A stretch of DNA of 64,000 nucleotides from Botryllus schlosseri (Eukaryota), in NCBI GenBank assembly GCA_051294905.1, contig CM119371.1, positions 34,164,001 to 34,228,000 on the forward strand, read 5' to 3'. Position 1 is the stretch's first letter. Each line of letters begins with the position of its first letter. A program made the position numbers and the translations under genes. Shown piece after piece: positions 14,352-26,036 of this stretch. The notes below the pieces were generated by a model, which ran no database searches, was not told the origin of the DNA, and worked only from the letters and a program-made list of their open reading frames with translations.

Positions 14352-14751
14352 CCTTATATCAACGCATCCACGGAGAAGCATGTATTAACAGTGTAATTCA
14401 GTGCTTTCAATTTAGAAATAAAATTAATACGCTGGAGAATACAGCTCAAATTTTTGACTCGGCCCGCCAACGTTTTCTGCTTCTCACTTGGCCCGAGGAG
14501 AAGCTATGTTAACATGAGGATGCAAATGGCAATAAAATTCTGATTGCTTTCGGACTCATCATGATATAGGATTTGAAATATGGCAGCCATACCTCACCCA
14601 TTTTTGTGGAAACAGCGTTTTAAAAAACGGGTCATTTCGTATATCAATGAGCTGTTTTCCTGAAAAAAGATTACCTGACTCATTGCTTCCAAATGGACAA
14701 ACTACCGATATAAAGTTGTGACCAACAAATCCTGAGAAGGAATGTTGTAAC

Positions 14752-16880
14752 CAGGGCTTTGGAGCAGCCGTAAATTTGCATTGCTCCAGCTCCGGCTCCG
14801 GAGCTTTCTTTTATCATACATTAGCTCCGCGAGCTAATTTCCCATTATATTATCGAAATTCTGTTATATTATCGAAATTAAATTGCTCAGATTGTGAACT
14901 TGCAAGGCCAATTAAAATTATGATTAGTCTGCCAGCGACACTTGGGATGTTGATACACTAAAATATCAGTTTCCACGCATTGGCAGATCCAAGGTCCAGT
15001 CACATTTTTAGTAAATCGTCGTACATTACAATAAACTAAAATAGTAGTAAAATTTTTCTTCACGCTTCTCGTGTTTAATTGTCACACGATATCTGTCTTT
15101 GTAGCCTACCCCCACCTGAAAATGAAAAAACGCCTGATTTAGCCGACTGAGTCCAACTATACTCGTAATTACGAGAGAAAGTATTTTCGCGTTTGCGCTC
15201 GCAGAAAGATCTTCGGCGATGAAATGTAAGCACAAAATGATTGTCGTATATTAGCGGAAATCTTCGATATCGATATGTCCAGATGCCGAATAGTCCTGTC
15301 CTTGGAAACTGTGTCCAGAGGGCGGTATATAGTCGACCCGCAATATACCCAAGTAATAATGATATTACCTTTGAAAATTTTACGCGCCTGGCGCGGCTAG
15401 TGAGCATCGCACTCGTTCGTCAATTTCATGTGGCCCTTTAGCCGAAAAGGTGGGCCACCCCTGTTCTATATAGATTACTAATTTGAACTGTAGGTTAGTT
15501 ATCTATAGGAATCTAGAGTCTGTCAGCCATCAGCAACATCGGATGCAGCAACGAAGACATAAGTGCCGCCGTACTGGCTTGTGACGACATAATGAATACT
15601 TGTCAATTGTCGATAACATCATAGTTGCACTAGAACGCACTTTACTCCGTGCCATTGCTGTGTACAGCATTAAAATTCTGATGTGGCGTTTTAACACTGG
15701 CACTGTACTTGTTAACATTAAGCCATACAGCTCAATTCAATTTTTAAATGTGCGATTATTATTCAACTGTAACTGTAGTAAGAGCAATATGGGCGGATAT
15801 TACGACGTGATCAATAGAAATTCGATTTGTACCAAATGGCCAATGGTTTGACGTTCGATATTGGTGCACTCGTTACCTGTCCATCCGGTACCGATCAAGT
15901 TTATCTGAATATAATATTTTCCGGTTGAAACAAATCGAATGATCGAATTGAACACTGTGCCATGCACATTGCGCCTTGCCCATAACGAATTAAACTATGC
16001 AGTATGCACATTGCACATTTACAAGTCTAAGAGCGCGATAATCCGGGAATACTAGAGTATCAAGCAGACATCAAGAATGAATTAATGGAACAGATGATTA
16101 CAAATTGGAAATCGCGTATCAAATCAGTAATTTGTCTCCAACATAAAATACCACGGGGTTTTGGGCTACTCTTCTGCCATCCCCTATTTACGCTCGAAAA
16201 TTCTTACTGGAGTGAATGACGATGATGCGCAGTAATGAATTCCAATTAGCATGCATAATTGCATACTCAATAACACTGTCCAATTTCGCGGCCTGATTAA
16301 AGAACTATCACGAAATAACGAGTTTTTGCTCATCCGATTTATAGCAACGATAAGATAGAATTTCTAGGCTCGTGCTCGTCATATCGACATGTGCAACGAA
16401 ATCACGTTTTTATCCTCTCTCCCATTTCGCGTAATACATAGCGATCATTATTTTCGAACCGTATACAATTGGCCAACAAGGTAGTGCTGATGATGAAATT
16501 GAGGGTATGCCGAATACCCACAATATTCACAGGCATATTTCGCATACCGAGGTTCGGCACTCATGTATGAAAATTGAAAATTGAACATATGACTGCTCTG
16601 CTGTTAAATCCCCAGGAACATGGTTAGTCGGAAAAGGTAGAGACAAAGAGGAAAAGATTCCTAATTTCGCGAAGGCCTGATATTTAATTATGTGAACTCA
16701 GCAGATATGGTTGTTGCATATATAATAGCATCTTATGAAATACGTCGGAGCCGGATCTACCCCTCAAATAACTGGCTCCAACTCCGGCTCCGGCTCCGGC
16801 TGAATTTTATGTAGAGCTCCCGCTCCAGCTCCGGTAAAAATGCACAGATCCGGGGCTCCGACTCCGGCTCCAAAGCCCTG
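14752..16880. mobile_element. Non-autonomous hAT-like element with (GGAGCC)n subterminal repeats
   Basis: TIR cagggctttggagc / gctccaaagccctg with exact TSD gttgtaac (14744-14751, 16881-16888). Confidence 0.88.
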
Positions 16881-17410
16881 GTTGTAACGCAGGTGGAAAT
16901 CCAGGCAGTGTGCTCAGGTCTTGTGGAGTAATTATTGTTTACGAGTTGCTTCACAAGAAGCATGAAACGAATCTTCGACATATAGCGGCCCGCTTATGAG
17001 TTGACAATCACCTAACTTATAGGCAATGCCATGATTGGTTCTATTGTAATGGTTACATGTGCTTATTTATCAGCTATGAAGCATGTGCTTTCCAACGTGT
17101 CTTGAGTTAAATATTTATCAAGTTCTTTCCAACAGTACAAAAGGATTCGCGGAACACCTGAGAATCTGTGGCGGCACACTGATGTGCCGCGGCACGCAGT
17201 TCGGTAATCACAGTCATCAATACTGGCTCATTCGAGAGAAATTCGACACGACACACTACCTGGGTATTCCTCATTTCACTTCAAATTGTCTCGGCTTATA
17301 TAAATGCCTTGCTTCTGATATCGACATCATGTTATAGCTGAAAGACGGAATATCTGAAAATACTACAGAGAAGCATCTCGTCGGTAGAAACGACAGAGGG
17401 TTGATATTTT

Positions 17411-17765
17411 ATGGCGAAGAATCGGCTGCAGTTCGAGTGTCGAAAGATCGCTCAAGAAATACAAGCGAATCCCGAGATTTTACAAGCGGGACCACTCGAC
17501 GACTCAGACATCTACGTTTGGAAAGCCATATTGAGCGGACCATCGTACACACCATACGAGGGAGGAATATTCCAGCTGCGAATAGAAGTTCCTACGGAAT
17601 ATCCATTCAAGCCCCCGAAAATCATATTCGAAACCAAGGTTTACCATCCGAACATAGGTCGAGACGGGGCGATATGCAAAATTATGCAAAAATAATCTTC
17701 CTGTCTTTCGGACGAAGGGGCGAAAGTGGACAGAAATGTACGCCATGCGGTTGAATCCCACGTGA
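17411..17765 (+). pseudogene. Intronless UBE2D/Ubc4-like E2 pseudogene with internal deletion and frameshift
   Basis: MAKNRLQFE...GPSYTPYEGGIF...YPFKPPKIIFETKVYHPNIGRDGAIC, then resumes in another frame as AKLCKNNLPVFRTKGRKWTEMYAM (E2 C-terminal helix). The segment between is missing. Confidence 0.9.
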
Positions 17766-18444
17766 ATATGATTACAAATCGCAAGTTGCCTAACGTGGTT
17801 ATTCATCACTTGGCCATTTAAATTTATATGCTCCTAGATCCGGTTATATTGTAAATATAAGACAATAATGTGGAATGTATTTTGGGAATTTTTACCACGA
17901 ATCTGAAGTTCTTGTGGAAATATGTCACTTGTTCATATCGCAGGAAACATTGGCTTTCTCGACAAAAATACGTTATATCGGTGATCGGTTAAAATCTAGA
18001 TATCGGCGTTTACATAATCATTGTTGATATTCCGAGGAATCTGTACTCTGGTGATGCAACAGGATCTATATGTGGTTCTAAAACTTTTCAAGAAAATTCA
18101 CGATGCGATTCCATGTCATTTTTAATGGCTCACGGTCGATTTGGTCCGTTACCAAACAACACAAAACACAAATGGATTTTATGGTGTCAATGTAGCGACC
18201 GGGTGTAGCGACCAGCTCGGGTATGTTTGATTGCGTTTTTGACAACGCAACCCTAATACCGTGAATCACAATCAAACTCTTCAAATTCACATTCAGCTTC
18301 CAAAAACGCTGTCCTTGGCCTTCATATGGCCTCCAGACCCTTATTACCTCTTCGGGTAATTTCATCACTACCCCGCAACGTGACAATGTTCATAGAATGT
18401 TACCATTCTACCGCCGTATGCAGGGGTAAGATTACGTGACGATA

Positions 18445-19445
18445 TACAGCAAATTGTCGCGTAGAATTCCACGCCTCGCGCTCGGCGATACAATGCTAAC
18501 ATTCGGTGAATTGTTATGTAGATTTAAACGTCCCGTGCTCGGCGATGCAGTGCAACTATTCAAATGTTAGAATTATATCGACAAGCGCGAGACGTTCATA
18601 TACGAGATAATATTCATCAAATGTTAGCATTGTATTGCCGAACACGGGGCAATTAAATTCACGAGACAATATTCATCGAGTGTTAGAGCATTGTATCATA
18701 GTGTCCTATATGGTGTGGACACAAGAAAATCTCACGGCTCAGTGAAATTGGTCGACGTCACACTTTCTATTTGGCTAAAGGCAATTTGACAGTAGTTTTT
18801 GACCGGCTTGCCGAGCATTAAATTTGATAAAACGGAGATCAATCGAAAGCTACCGCGGTACTGATTGCGTAAATATAAATTTTGTTCTGCTCGTGGCCCT
18901 GGAACCCTCAAAATCATCCTCGAATGCTGCATTGTCACGAAGTTTCGTATTGTGACGCAGCCATGCCGTCTGAGCATCTGAGTAGCAAGTGCTCACGAGA
19001 GTGAGAGCGTGAATGCTCAATCGGTTGCGTAACAATGACCAATACGCTTGCAGTTTGCGCTGCTTCTCACCTGTTCCCTGACAGCATGGTAGCGTCACAA
19101 TACCAAACTCCGTTCCAATGCAACATTGAAGGTTGATTTTGGGGGGGTCGCAGAGCCACGAGCAGAATAAAATTTATACTTTCGCAATCAGTACTGCGGT
19201 AGCTTCCGATTCATACCCGTTTTATCAAATTTAATGCTCGGCAAGCCGGTCAAAAATTATCGTCAAATTGCCTTCAGCGGAATGGGAAGTGTGACGTAGA
19301 CCAATTTCACTGAGCCATGAGATTTGCTTGTGTTCTCACCTTATAGGATACTATGATTGTATCGCCGAGCACGAGGCGTTTAAATCTACGCGACAATATT
19401 AATCGACTGTTAGCGTTGTATTGCCGGGCCGAGCCGAGCCGGTTT
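18445..19445. mobile_element. Long-TIR MITE (~18711-19340, PIF/Harbinger-like GG..CC ends) inside a palindromic array of ~55-bp repeats
   Basis: 18711-18910 is the diverged reverse complement of 19145-19340. The flanking gcattgtatcgccgagcacgaggcg..acgcgacaatatt units occur in both orientations. Confidence 0.7.
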
Positions 19446-19670
19446 TGCGGATATTCGTAGGTCCCGCTTTTAACACTATCAATTACGATCCTAATCACCC
19501 AAATTCCTTCGTGCACTGGTGCTGCAATAGTATTATGCCAATGCCCAAGTATGAATAGAATGTTATTTATGTGCGAAATCCAAGCGGTCTTTATATGCAA
19601 AAAGCGCGTGTCAATTATTATCCGCATTACATTGAGAATGACAAAAATAGTTTTGGATTTGGATACAAAC

Positions 19671-19798
19671 CGTAATATATTTGTAGCCGACGACAGAGAG
19701 AATCCCAGCAGCCGTTCCTATCATCAAAGCACCCATCGGAGATATGTAGAGATTGGCTATCGCGCCAGCCGCTACGTCACTAGCAAGAGTTATTGAAC
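19671..19798 (-). pseudogene. Orphan Rh glycoprotein / ammonium transporter exon (equivalent to Rh exon 6)
   Basis: TLASDVAAGAIANLYISPMGALMIGTAAGILSVVGYKYIT matches the Rh-family (N)ATLAGGVAVG...PYGA.IIG...GIIS..G..YLT segment. Bounded by AG (19800-19799) and GT (19670-19669). Length 128 bp is not a multiple of 3. Confidence 0.8.
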
Positions 19799-20064
19799 CT
19801 ATTGCGGATAAAACATATATCATTTCAAAGTAGTGTATTGTGTTGGCAATACATCATTGTCATTTGTAATTAACATGTTAGTGTGATATAAACAAGAATA
19901 GCTAAATCAATCAATCTATATCTTTAAAATCTCATTGGGAATAATCTGACGAATGTTGGTAAATGCTGCTATTAGATCTATTTTAAGAACAGGCTCGCGG
20001 GCTACTCATCTGGTCCTCGCGGGCTACCTGGGGCCCGCGGGCACCGCGTTGGTGAATCCTGGAC

Positions 20065-20290
20065 TAAACCACCGCGACCAGGTAATTCTGGTTCAATTCC
20101 GACCAATAGAAGCCATGTAATCCAATATCGAAATGCTGGGTATTTTTTAAATAAGAGGATTGACGGTAGAACATTTCGTGTTCATGCATCGTGTTCCGGA
20201 TATGCCTGATGGGAGAGCGATGCTTTATTCACGCATTTACGGCCTGTCACAGAGTTCGGATAAAGACATTGCTAATCAACGACCAGATTA
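20065..20290 (+). mobile_element. Possible tRNA-derived SINE remnant
   Basis: B-box-like ggttcaattcc at ~20090. The mirror copy is at ~39540-39745. No A box was confirmed. Confidence 0.3.
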
Positions 20291-21844
20291 TGATGCTTAT
20301 ACGCTGGATATTATATAAGTATTTATACAAATAACATTCAGGACGATCGTCTTCGTTCCTTACGATACCGCACCTAACGTTGGCACAAACGAGTTGTTGT
20401 AATTGGTAATGTTGTTGTTGTTGGCGGTGGTCTTGTTGCTCTGGTTTGACGGTAATGATACTTCGACATCGATGGTTATTTTACACCGGGTTCATATTCT
20501 ACTTCATATTCCCGTATATACGGCTGCCTTAGAGCGCGGTCCACTTTCGCTCCAGGTTATTGAAAGGCACGACTTGCCGCTCGCCGCTCGGCCATTTAAG
20601 AATGGAATCGCATCTATCAATCCAATAGTGGAGTCGCATAGACCAATCAACAAATATTGGGAAAGAGTACAAGGAAATACGAATCTAGGTACATGAAAGA
20701 CTTCCTGCCGTGGAAACAAGGGTTGGAAACTTGAATGAAGTGCGGTAAGAACGACGCATTGCAGACTAAATTACAATCTGAGCAAGACCGGATGCAGCGA
20801 CTCACGACTATGCCATGCTGTAGAGCACTATCTGATAAAGTGCCGAAAATACCACCTTCAAAGGGAGTGATTACGACGCCCGCCATGAAGAGGTGAATAA
20901 TATAACTAGCGATATGGGTAGACTACTTACAGATCCGCAAATATTGCAATATGTGGTTTAACATGTTAGATCGAAGGGAAGAACATCATAAATCCTATCT
21001 ATGATTTTTATATTTACACGTGCAGTATGTTATTTTCGTGATATATTATGAATGTTCTGTAACTTCACACAAACAGCCTTTCGATGTGATAAGCGCCACT
21101 CATCCCAGTGATTCTATCTATAATAGTAATAAATTGGGTTTTGGGATCGGATGGTAATGTAAAGACAATATTGGTAGGAATTTTTTTGGTGTTAGAGGCA
21201 GAAGATCGCGTCACTGTGCCGCTCGCCAATGAAACTTTATTCTGTATCATCGATAAGATGATCATAAATTATTACACGCGGTGGCGATAAAGCATCGAAT
21301 TTCTCCATCAAATTTAACAACGGAAATGTAGCCAATGTGTAACATCGCAACAGCGTCGGCGTTCCACATCAACAACTATCCGCGAAGCAAAACCATAGAA
21401 ATGTTCAAAGTTAGTGTGGGAGTTCTCAACCCACATACTGTATGTGTAACATACTTTCCTGCATGTTTCAAATCTTGCTTTCGTTTCTTAAATATGTTCA
21501 TATTTTTCTCTGCACAGTTACTTGTTCATTTAGTTTGAGTGGCAATAATTATTCAAATTACGTCCAGATATGTTGTTATACATATTGTTTCATTATATAA
21601 TTCACAATATTTATTTACATATACCATAAACATATAGGCCTATACACTATCGTGATTATATCTTCCATCACATGACTTGATGACATATCTCATAGTTTTG
21701 AGATAAACTCCTGCCGGTTTATAGATGACAGTGACATATGGACTTAGAAGTACGGTGCAGCACCCTCGCAACATATCATTAGGCGATGAGACGGCCACTT
21801 ATACAAGCCAGATTATGTGCATCGTTTCCAAACACCACCTAGAT

Positions 21845-22029
21845 CTGTAGTTCCCAACATGGGCGATATCGCCCCCCTCTCATCAACAATTACAACCTTC
21901 CATGCCATTAAACTATCCGTTGGCATTGCCAGCATTCTGGTTTCATTTTGTGATATGATGTTAGCGGGCGCGCGAAATTTTTCACTCTCATAAATGGGGG
22001 CGTGTCTAAAAATGTTTGCGAACCACTGG
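21845..22029. mobile_element. Short decayed hAT-type MITE
   Basis: Imperfect TIR ctgtagttcccaac / gtttgcgaaccactg, present in both palindrome arms (mirror ~37727-37913). Confidence 0.55.
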
Positions 22030-23836
22030 TTTAGAGACAATGCCGTTAAGGGTATAATGATTAAGGATCGTTATGTCATGATTTTTTAACAGTGTTATCG
22101 CAATACAGAATGACATCGAATAGTAAAACATAACTATTCACGTTCTGCGAATGCATAGTGCGTACTATGCATGTGTACAGGCTTTTCCAATAATATACAT
22201 GTCATTTTAAGCGTGCGTATGATACATGGAAAATTACGGCGGGCGCTACGAGTCTAAGTTTATTAAAATTACATAACATCACAACAGTACAAGGTTGCGA
22301 TCCACTAAAGAAGTAGTTTATTCAAGCAAGATGGTGATTGCGCAAAGCTTTGCATTAGCTTGAGAAATCGTCAAAAAAGGCTGACTCTATTAAATTATTA
22401 TAGGTTCCGTATCGTTTGCTTTTCACAGTCGTTCATGACATGGCGTAGCGGTTGTGAATTACGTATTGTCATAGCTTATTCCATCTGCTTTCAAATATTT
22501 TATCTCAGCATGAACATGACATTATTTTACGAATGCCATAACGAGATGATTCCTCAGGTACGGAACACAATTCAAACAAAAATAATTAGGCTTTGATCTC
22601 GCCGTGGCTTGAGTCAGTACCCGAGCGCATGCAAGTTGAAGTTTATTATTATGGTAAGTACATTATTCCCATCGGCATTCCGGAAGTAAAATGTACTGTG
22701 AATGCGGATTGTTTTCGCTAAATGTATGTGGCCGCCAAATAGTTACACGTAATAGAGCTGAGTCTTGTAAAAATCCTGCTCGGAAATGCAGCTTCTTCAA
22801 AGTAGAGAATAATCTAGCATTGCTATACATTTCATCGAAGTAAATCAATAAATGCATACGCCTGACAATGAAAGGTTGCAAATTGCATACTTGAATGCAG
22901 TTTTTATTTACAAAAGTGCACAGTTTCACAGATATTTTTGAAACAATATCTCACCTTTAGTCATATTCGACTTCGAACTGCTCCCCGCATGATATCAACA
23001 AAAAATAAGTAACCACCACTGCACATCCAGCAGATCAATCGAACATACACATCTCGGCCTAAAGCTAAGGACTTCAACACGCTACCCGCCCCAAGAATCC
23101 GCAATACAGTTTAGCAGCCCATGTTCAATCCTTCCAGAATGCTGATATATAATTATTATCCTACACTACAAGATCCTCATGCAACACTATTACAATCTGT
23201 TAAATTGTTTAATAGTTATGTCATCATTCCCTTGAAAAGCATGGCCGTATACGTGAATTTAGTGGTTGCAGATTTTCAAGAGTCATAAGGTATAGGCTGT
23301 AGTAGGCATATGTATTATGATGACGGTCAGGTAGATATTTTGTGGTTTTTTAAGCTACAAGGGAGCTACATTAATCGTGTCTCCAAGATTTACATTTCTA
23401 TTACTGCGACACAAACATGGAGTCGGCTATTTCCAGGAGTTAGCTTACTTTATCGGAAGCAATATTTTATAGTCTTGCCTTATAAACGTAAATTACTTTA
23501 TTATTAAATACTTTTAGGCGAAATTTATCGTCAGCGTCACTGCTTATGGTTTTCTTGACGATGAGTGCGAAATATGTCGGCTCACTTTCAATCTTACACT
23601 TTCATCTCTCAAATATAGCATTCGTAACAGCACTATTCTGATACTGCGGCCCGGCATCTATCAACTTTAAAATAGGTCGCGACTGCCTTTGAGTCGGAGA
23701 GCCCTAGCACATTCCGGCTACATGAAAATAATACACATTGCACACTGAATGAAATAAAAATGAGTAGCACGAGAAATCGACATCAAATGAAATAAAAGAG
23801 GTCCGTATGGATATGTGCACTCCACATTTCAAAAAG

Positions 23837-24445
23837 CTAATGATTGTCCTGTAGGTTTCTTTCAGATATAAACGACCATATGCGCTCTCCTACGTCGAAA
23901 AGTGGCGTCAAATATTCCACCGGCACGCAAAATAGACTGAATAGTTCGGTTTGATGGGGGGCGACTCCGCCTCGGGCTTCCGTGACGCCAACGTCGGCGC
24001 TAGCGTACATTTGCGTCCAGCACTTGGCCTTCTCTGAATATAGCACCGGGTTCTCTCGGTACATAATTGCGCTCTCGGCGTCCATGGGGTTATCGAGATC
24101 AGGAGAAGCAAGCAAGGAACATATCGATAAAAGCACTTTCGACGTCATGAGTGCCGGCGACCATTGCGCTTGCAAAATATCCACGCATATTGCACCCCGC
24201 CTGTCGACATTTGGATGGAAAATCTTCGTGTCGAATCGCATCTTCGGAGGTTTGAAAGGATATTCTGTCGAGTATTCGATGAGAATTCGAAATAACCCTC
24301 CCTCAAATGGAGTTCCAGCAGGCCCTTCTATCGTTGCCCACCAATGATAGAAATCGGATTCAATAACAGGTCCTGCTTTAATAAGCTTATTCCCGGGCTC
24401 TTGTAAGAACTTTTTATACTTGTATTGTAACCTTTTCGTAGCCAT
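23837..24445 (-). CDS. Intronless ubiquitin-conjugating enzyme E2 (UBE2D/Ubc4-like), 202 aa with ~54-aa C-terminal extension
   Basis: MATKRLQ start, GTPFEGG, YPFKPPK, HPN motif plus catalytic Cys (HPNVDRRGAICVDIL), QWSPAL and SKVLLSICSLL, in an uninterrupted frame. Confidence 0.9.
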   Translation of the reverse strand: MATKRLQYKYKKFLQEPGNKLIKAGPVIESDFYHWWATIEGPAGTPFEGGLFRILIEYSTEYPFKPPKMRFDTKIFHPNVDRRGAICVDILQAQWSPALMTSKVLLSICSLLASPDLDNPMDAESAIMYRENPVLYSEKAKCWTQMYASADVGVTEARGGVAPHQTELFSLFCVPVEYLTPLFDVGERIWSFISERNLQDNH

Positions 24446-24758
24446 CACTCGTTTAACCTTTGTTGTACAGTCGTAGACCGTTTTAGTGATCTGATTGCGA
24501 TTCGTTATCGGCATTTACGCTTTATGTATACGGCACACGAAAAGTCGTATCAACTCGGGGACTCCCCAGGTAACGCGGGCCATCACATACCGCTCAACAA
24601 GCATGTTGGACTTTGCTTGAATGCAAACAGTGGGATTTCTCCAGAAAAAACGAATTTTCCCGATAGTAGATATCTGCAGTCAATTTTTACAATGCCGAGA
24701 CGCAGACACCCAAGAAACGATTATTCCAACTTGAAAAAAAAAATGAATTTGCCACAAT

Positions 24759-25287
24759 CAGTGTTGGAATGACTCGAGTCAACTTTTCATTTGATTTGAC
24801 TTGACTCGCGTCCATTTGCAAAAATGACTTGACTTGATTTGACTCGACGTTTCAGAAATGCGGATTGACTCGTTTTTCGATGTAAAATTTACGAGTCTAT
24901 TTCAAGTCATCAAGTTATCGGTATCGACTTTATTATTATTATATTCTTTATTCACAGTAAATCTGGTGAATACACACATTAATAACAATCTGACTGTATT
25001 ACTGAAATTTTAAAAATTTACTCTGATCTCGCCATTATCCTTTGGGGGCAGGTCGCTCCCCGGATAATGTGTGTATTCACCAGTTTTACTGTGAATAAAG
25101 AATATAATAATAATAGAGTCGATGCCGATAACTTGATGACTTGAAATAGACTCCTAAATTTTACATCGAAAAACGAGTCAATCCGCATTTCTGAAACGTC
25201 GAGTCAAATCAAGTCAAGTCATTTTTGCAAAGGGGAGCGAGTCAAGTCAAATCAAATGAAAAGTTGACTCGAGTCATTCCAACACTG
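24759..25287. mobile_element. Two mirror-image ends of a GACTCGAGTC/GACTT-rich MITE at the palindrome centre
   Basis: cagtgttggaatgactcgagtc at 24759 and its reverse complement ending at 25287. Flanks are inverted (gccacaat / attgtggc) rather than a direct TSD. Related sequence occurs at ~40100-40200 and 61611-61810. Confidence 0.75.
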
Positions 25288-25601
25288 ATTGTGGCAAATT
25301 CATTTTTTTTTCAAGTTGGAATAATCGTTTCTTGGGTGTCTATGCGTCTCGGCATTGTAAAAATTGACTGCAGATATCTACTATCGGGATTATTCGTTTT
25401 TTCTGGAGAAATCCCACTGTTTGCATTCAAGCAAAGTCCAACATGCTTATTGAGCGGTGTATGATGGCCCGCGTTACCTGGGGAGTCCCCGAGTTGATAC
25501 GACTTTTCCTAGGCCGTATACATAAAGCGTAGTTGCCGTAAACGAATAGCAATCAGATCACTAAAACGGTCTACCACTGTACAACAAAGGTTAACCGAGA
25601 G

Positions 25602-26036
25602 ATGGCTACGAAAAGGTTACAATACGAGTATAAAAAGTTTTTACAAGAGCCCTGGAATAAGCCTATTAAAGCAGGGCCTGTTATTGAATCCGATTTCTAT
25701 CATTGGTTGGCAACGATAGAAGGGCCTCCTGGAACTCCATTTGAGGGAGGGGTATTTCGAATTCTCATCGAATACTCGACAGAATATCCTTTCAAACCTC
25801 CGAAGATGCGATTCGACACAAAGATTTTCCATCCAAATGTCGACAGGCGGGGTACAATATGCGTGGATATTTTGCAAGCGCAATGGTCGCCGGCACTCAC
25901 GACGTCGAAAGTGCTTTTATCGATATGTTCCTTGCTTGCTTCTCCTGATCTCGATAACCCCATGGACGCCGAGAGTGCAATAATGTACCGAGAGAACCCG
26001 GTGCTATATTCAGAGAAGGCCAAGTGCTGGACGTAA
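25602..26036 (+). CDS. Second intronless UBE2D-like E2, truncated at 144 aa by CAA>TAA (possibly a pseudogene)
   Basis: 14 substitutions in 435 nt against the 23837-24445 copy (8 missense, 5 silent, 1 nonsense, counted by eye). Catalytic HPN/Cys is intact. The downstream extension still aligns to the TAG at ~26210. Confidence 0.8.
   Translation: MATKRLQYEYKKFLQEPWNKPIKAGPVIESDFYHWLATIEGPPGTPFEGGVFRILIEYSTEYPFKPPKMRFDTKIFHPNVDRRGTICVDILQAQWSPALTTSKVLLSICSLLASPDLDNPMDAESAIMYRENPVLYSEKAKCWT

Larger units (their letters stand above)
19855..24981. repeat. Left arm of large inverted duplication
   Basis: Reverse complement aligns to 25065-27133 and 36777-39950. Confidence 0.95.

Noticed and set aside
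20065..20130. tRNA gene
   Set aside because: Only a B-box-like motif is present and no cloverleaf could be built. At most a SINE remnant.
24446..24514. 23-aa N-terminal extension of the E2 ORF (MPITNRN...)
   Set aside because: The upstream ATG is not preserved in the twin copy, and MATKRL matches the normal UBE2D start.
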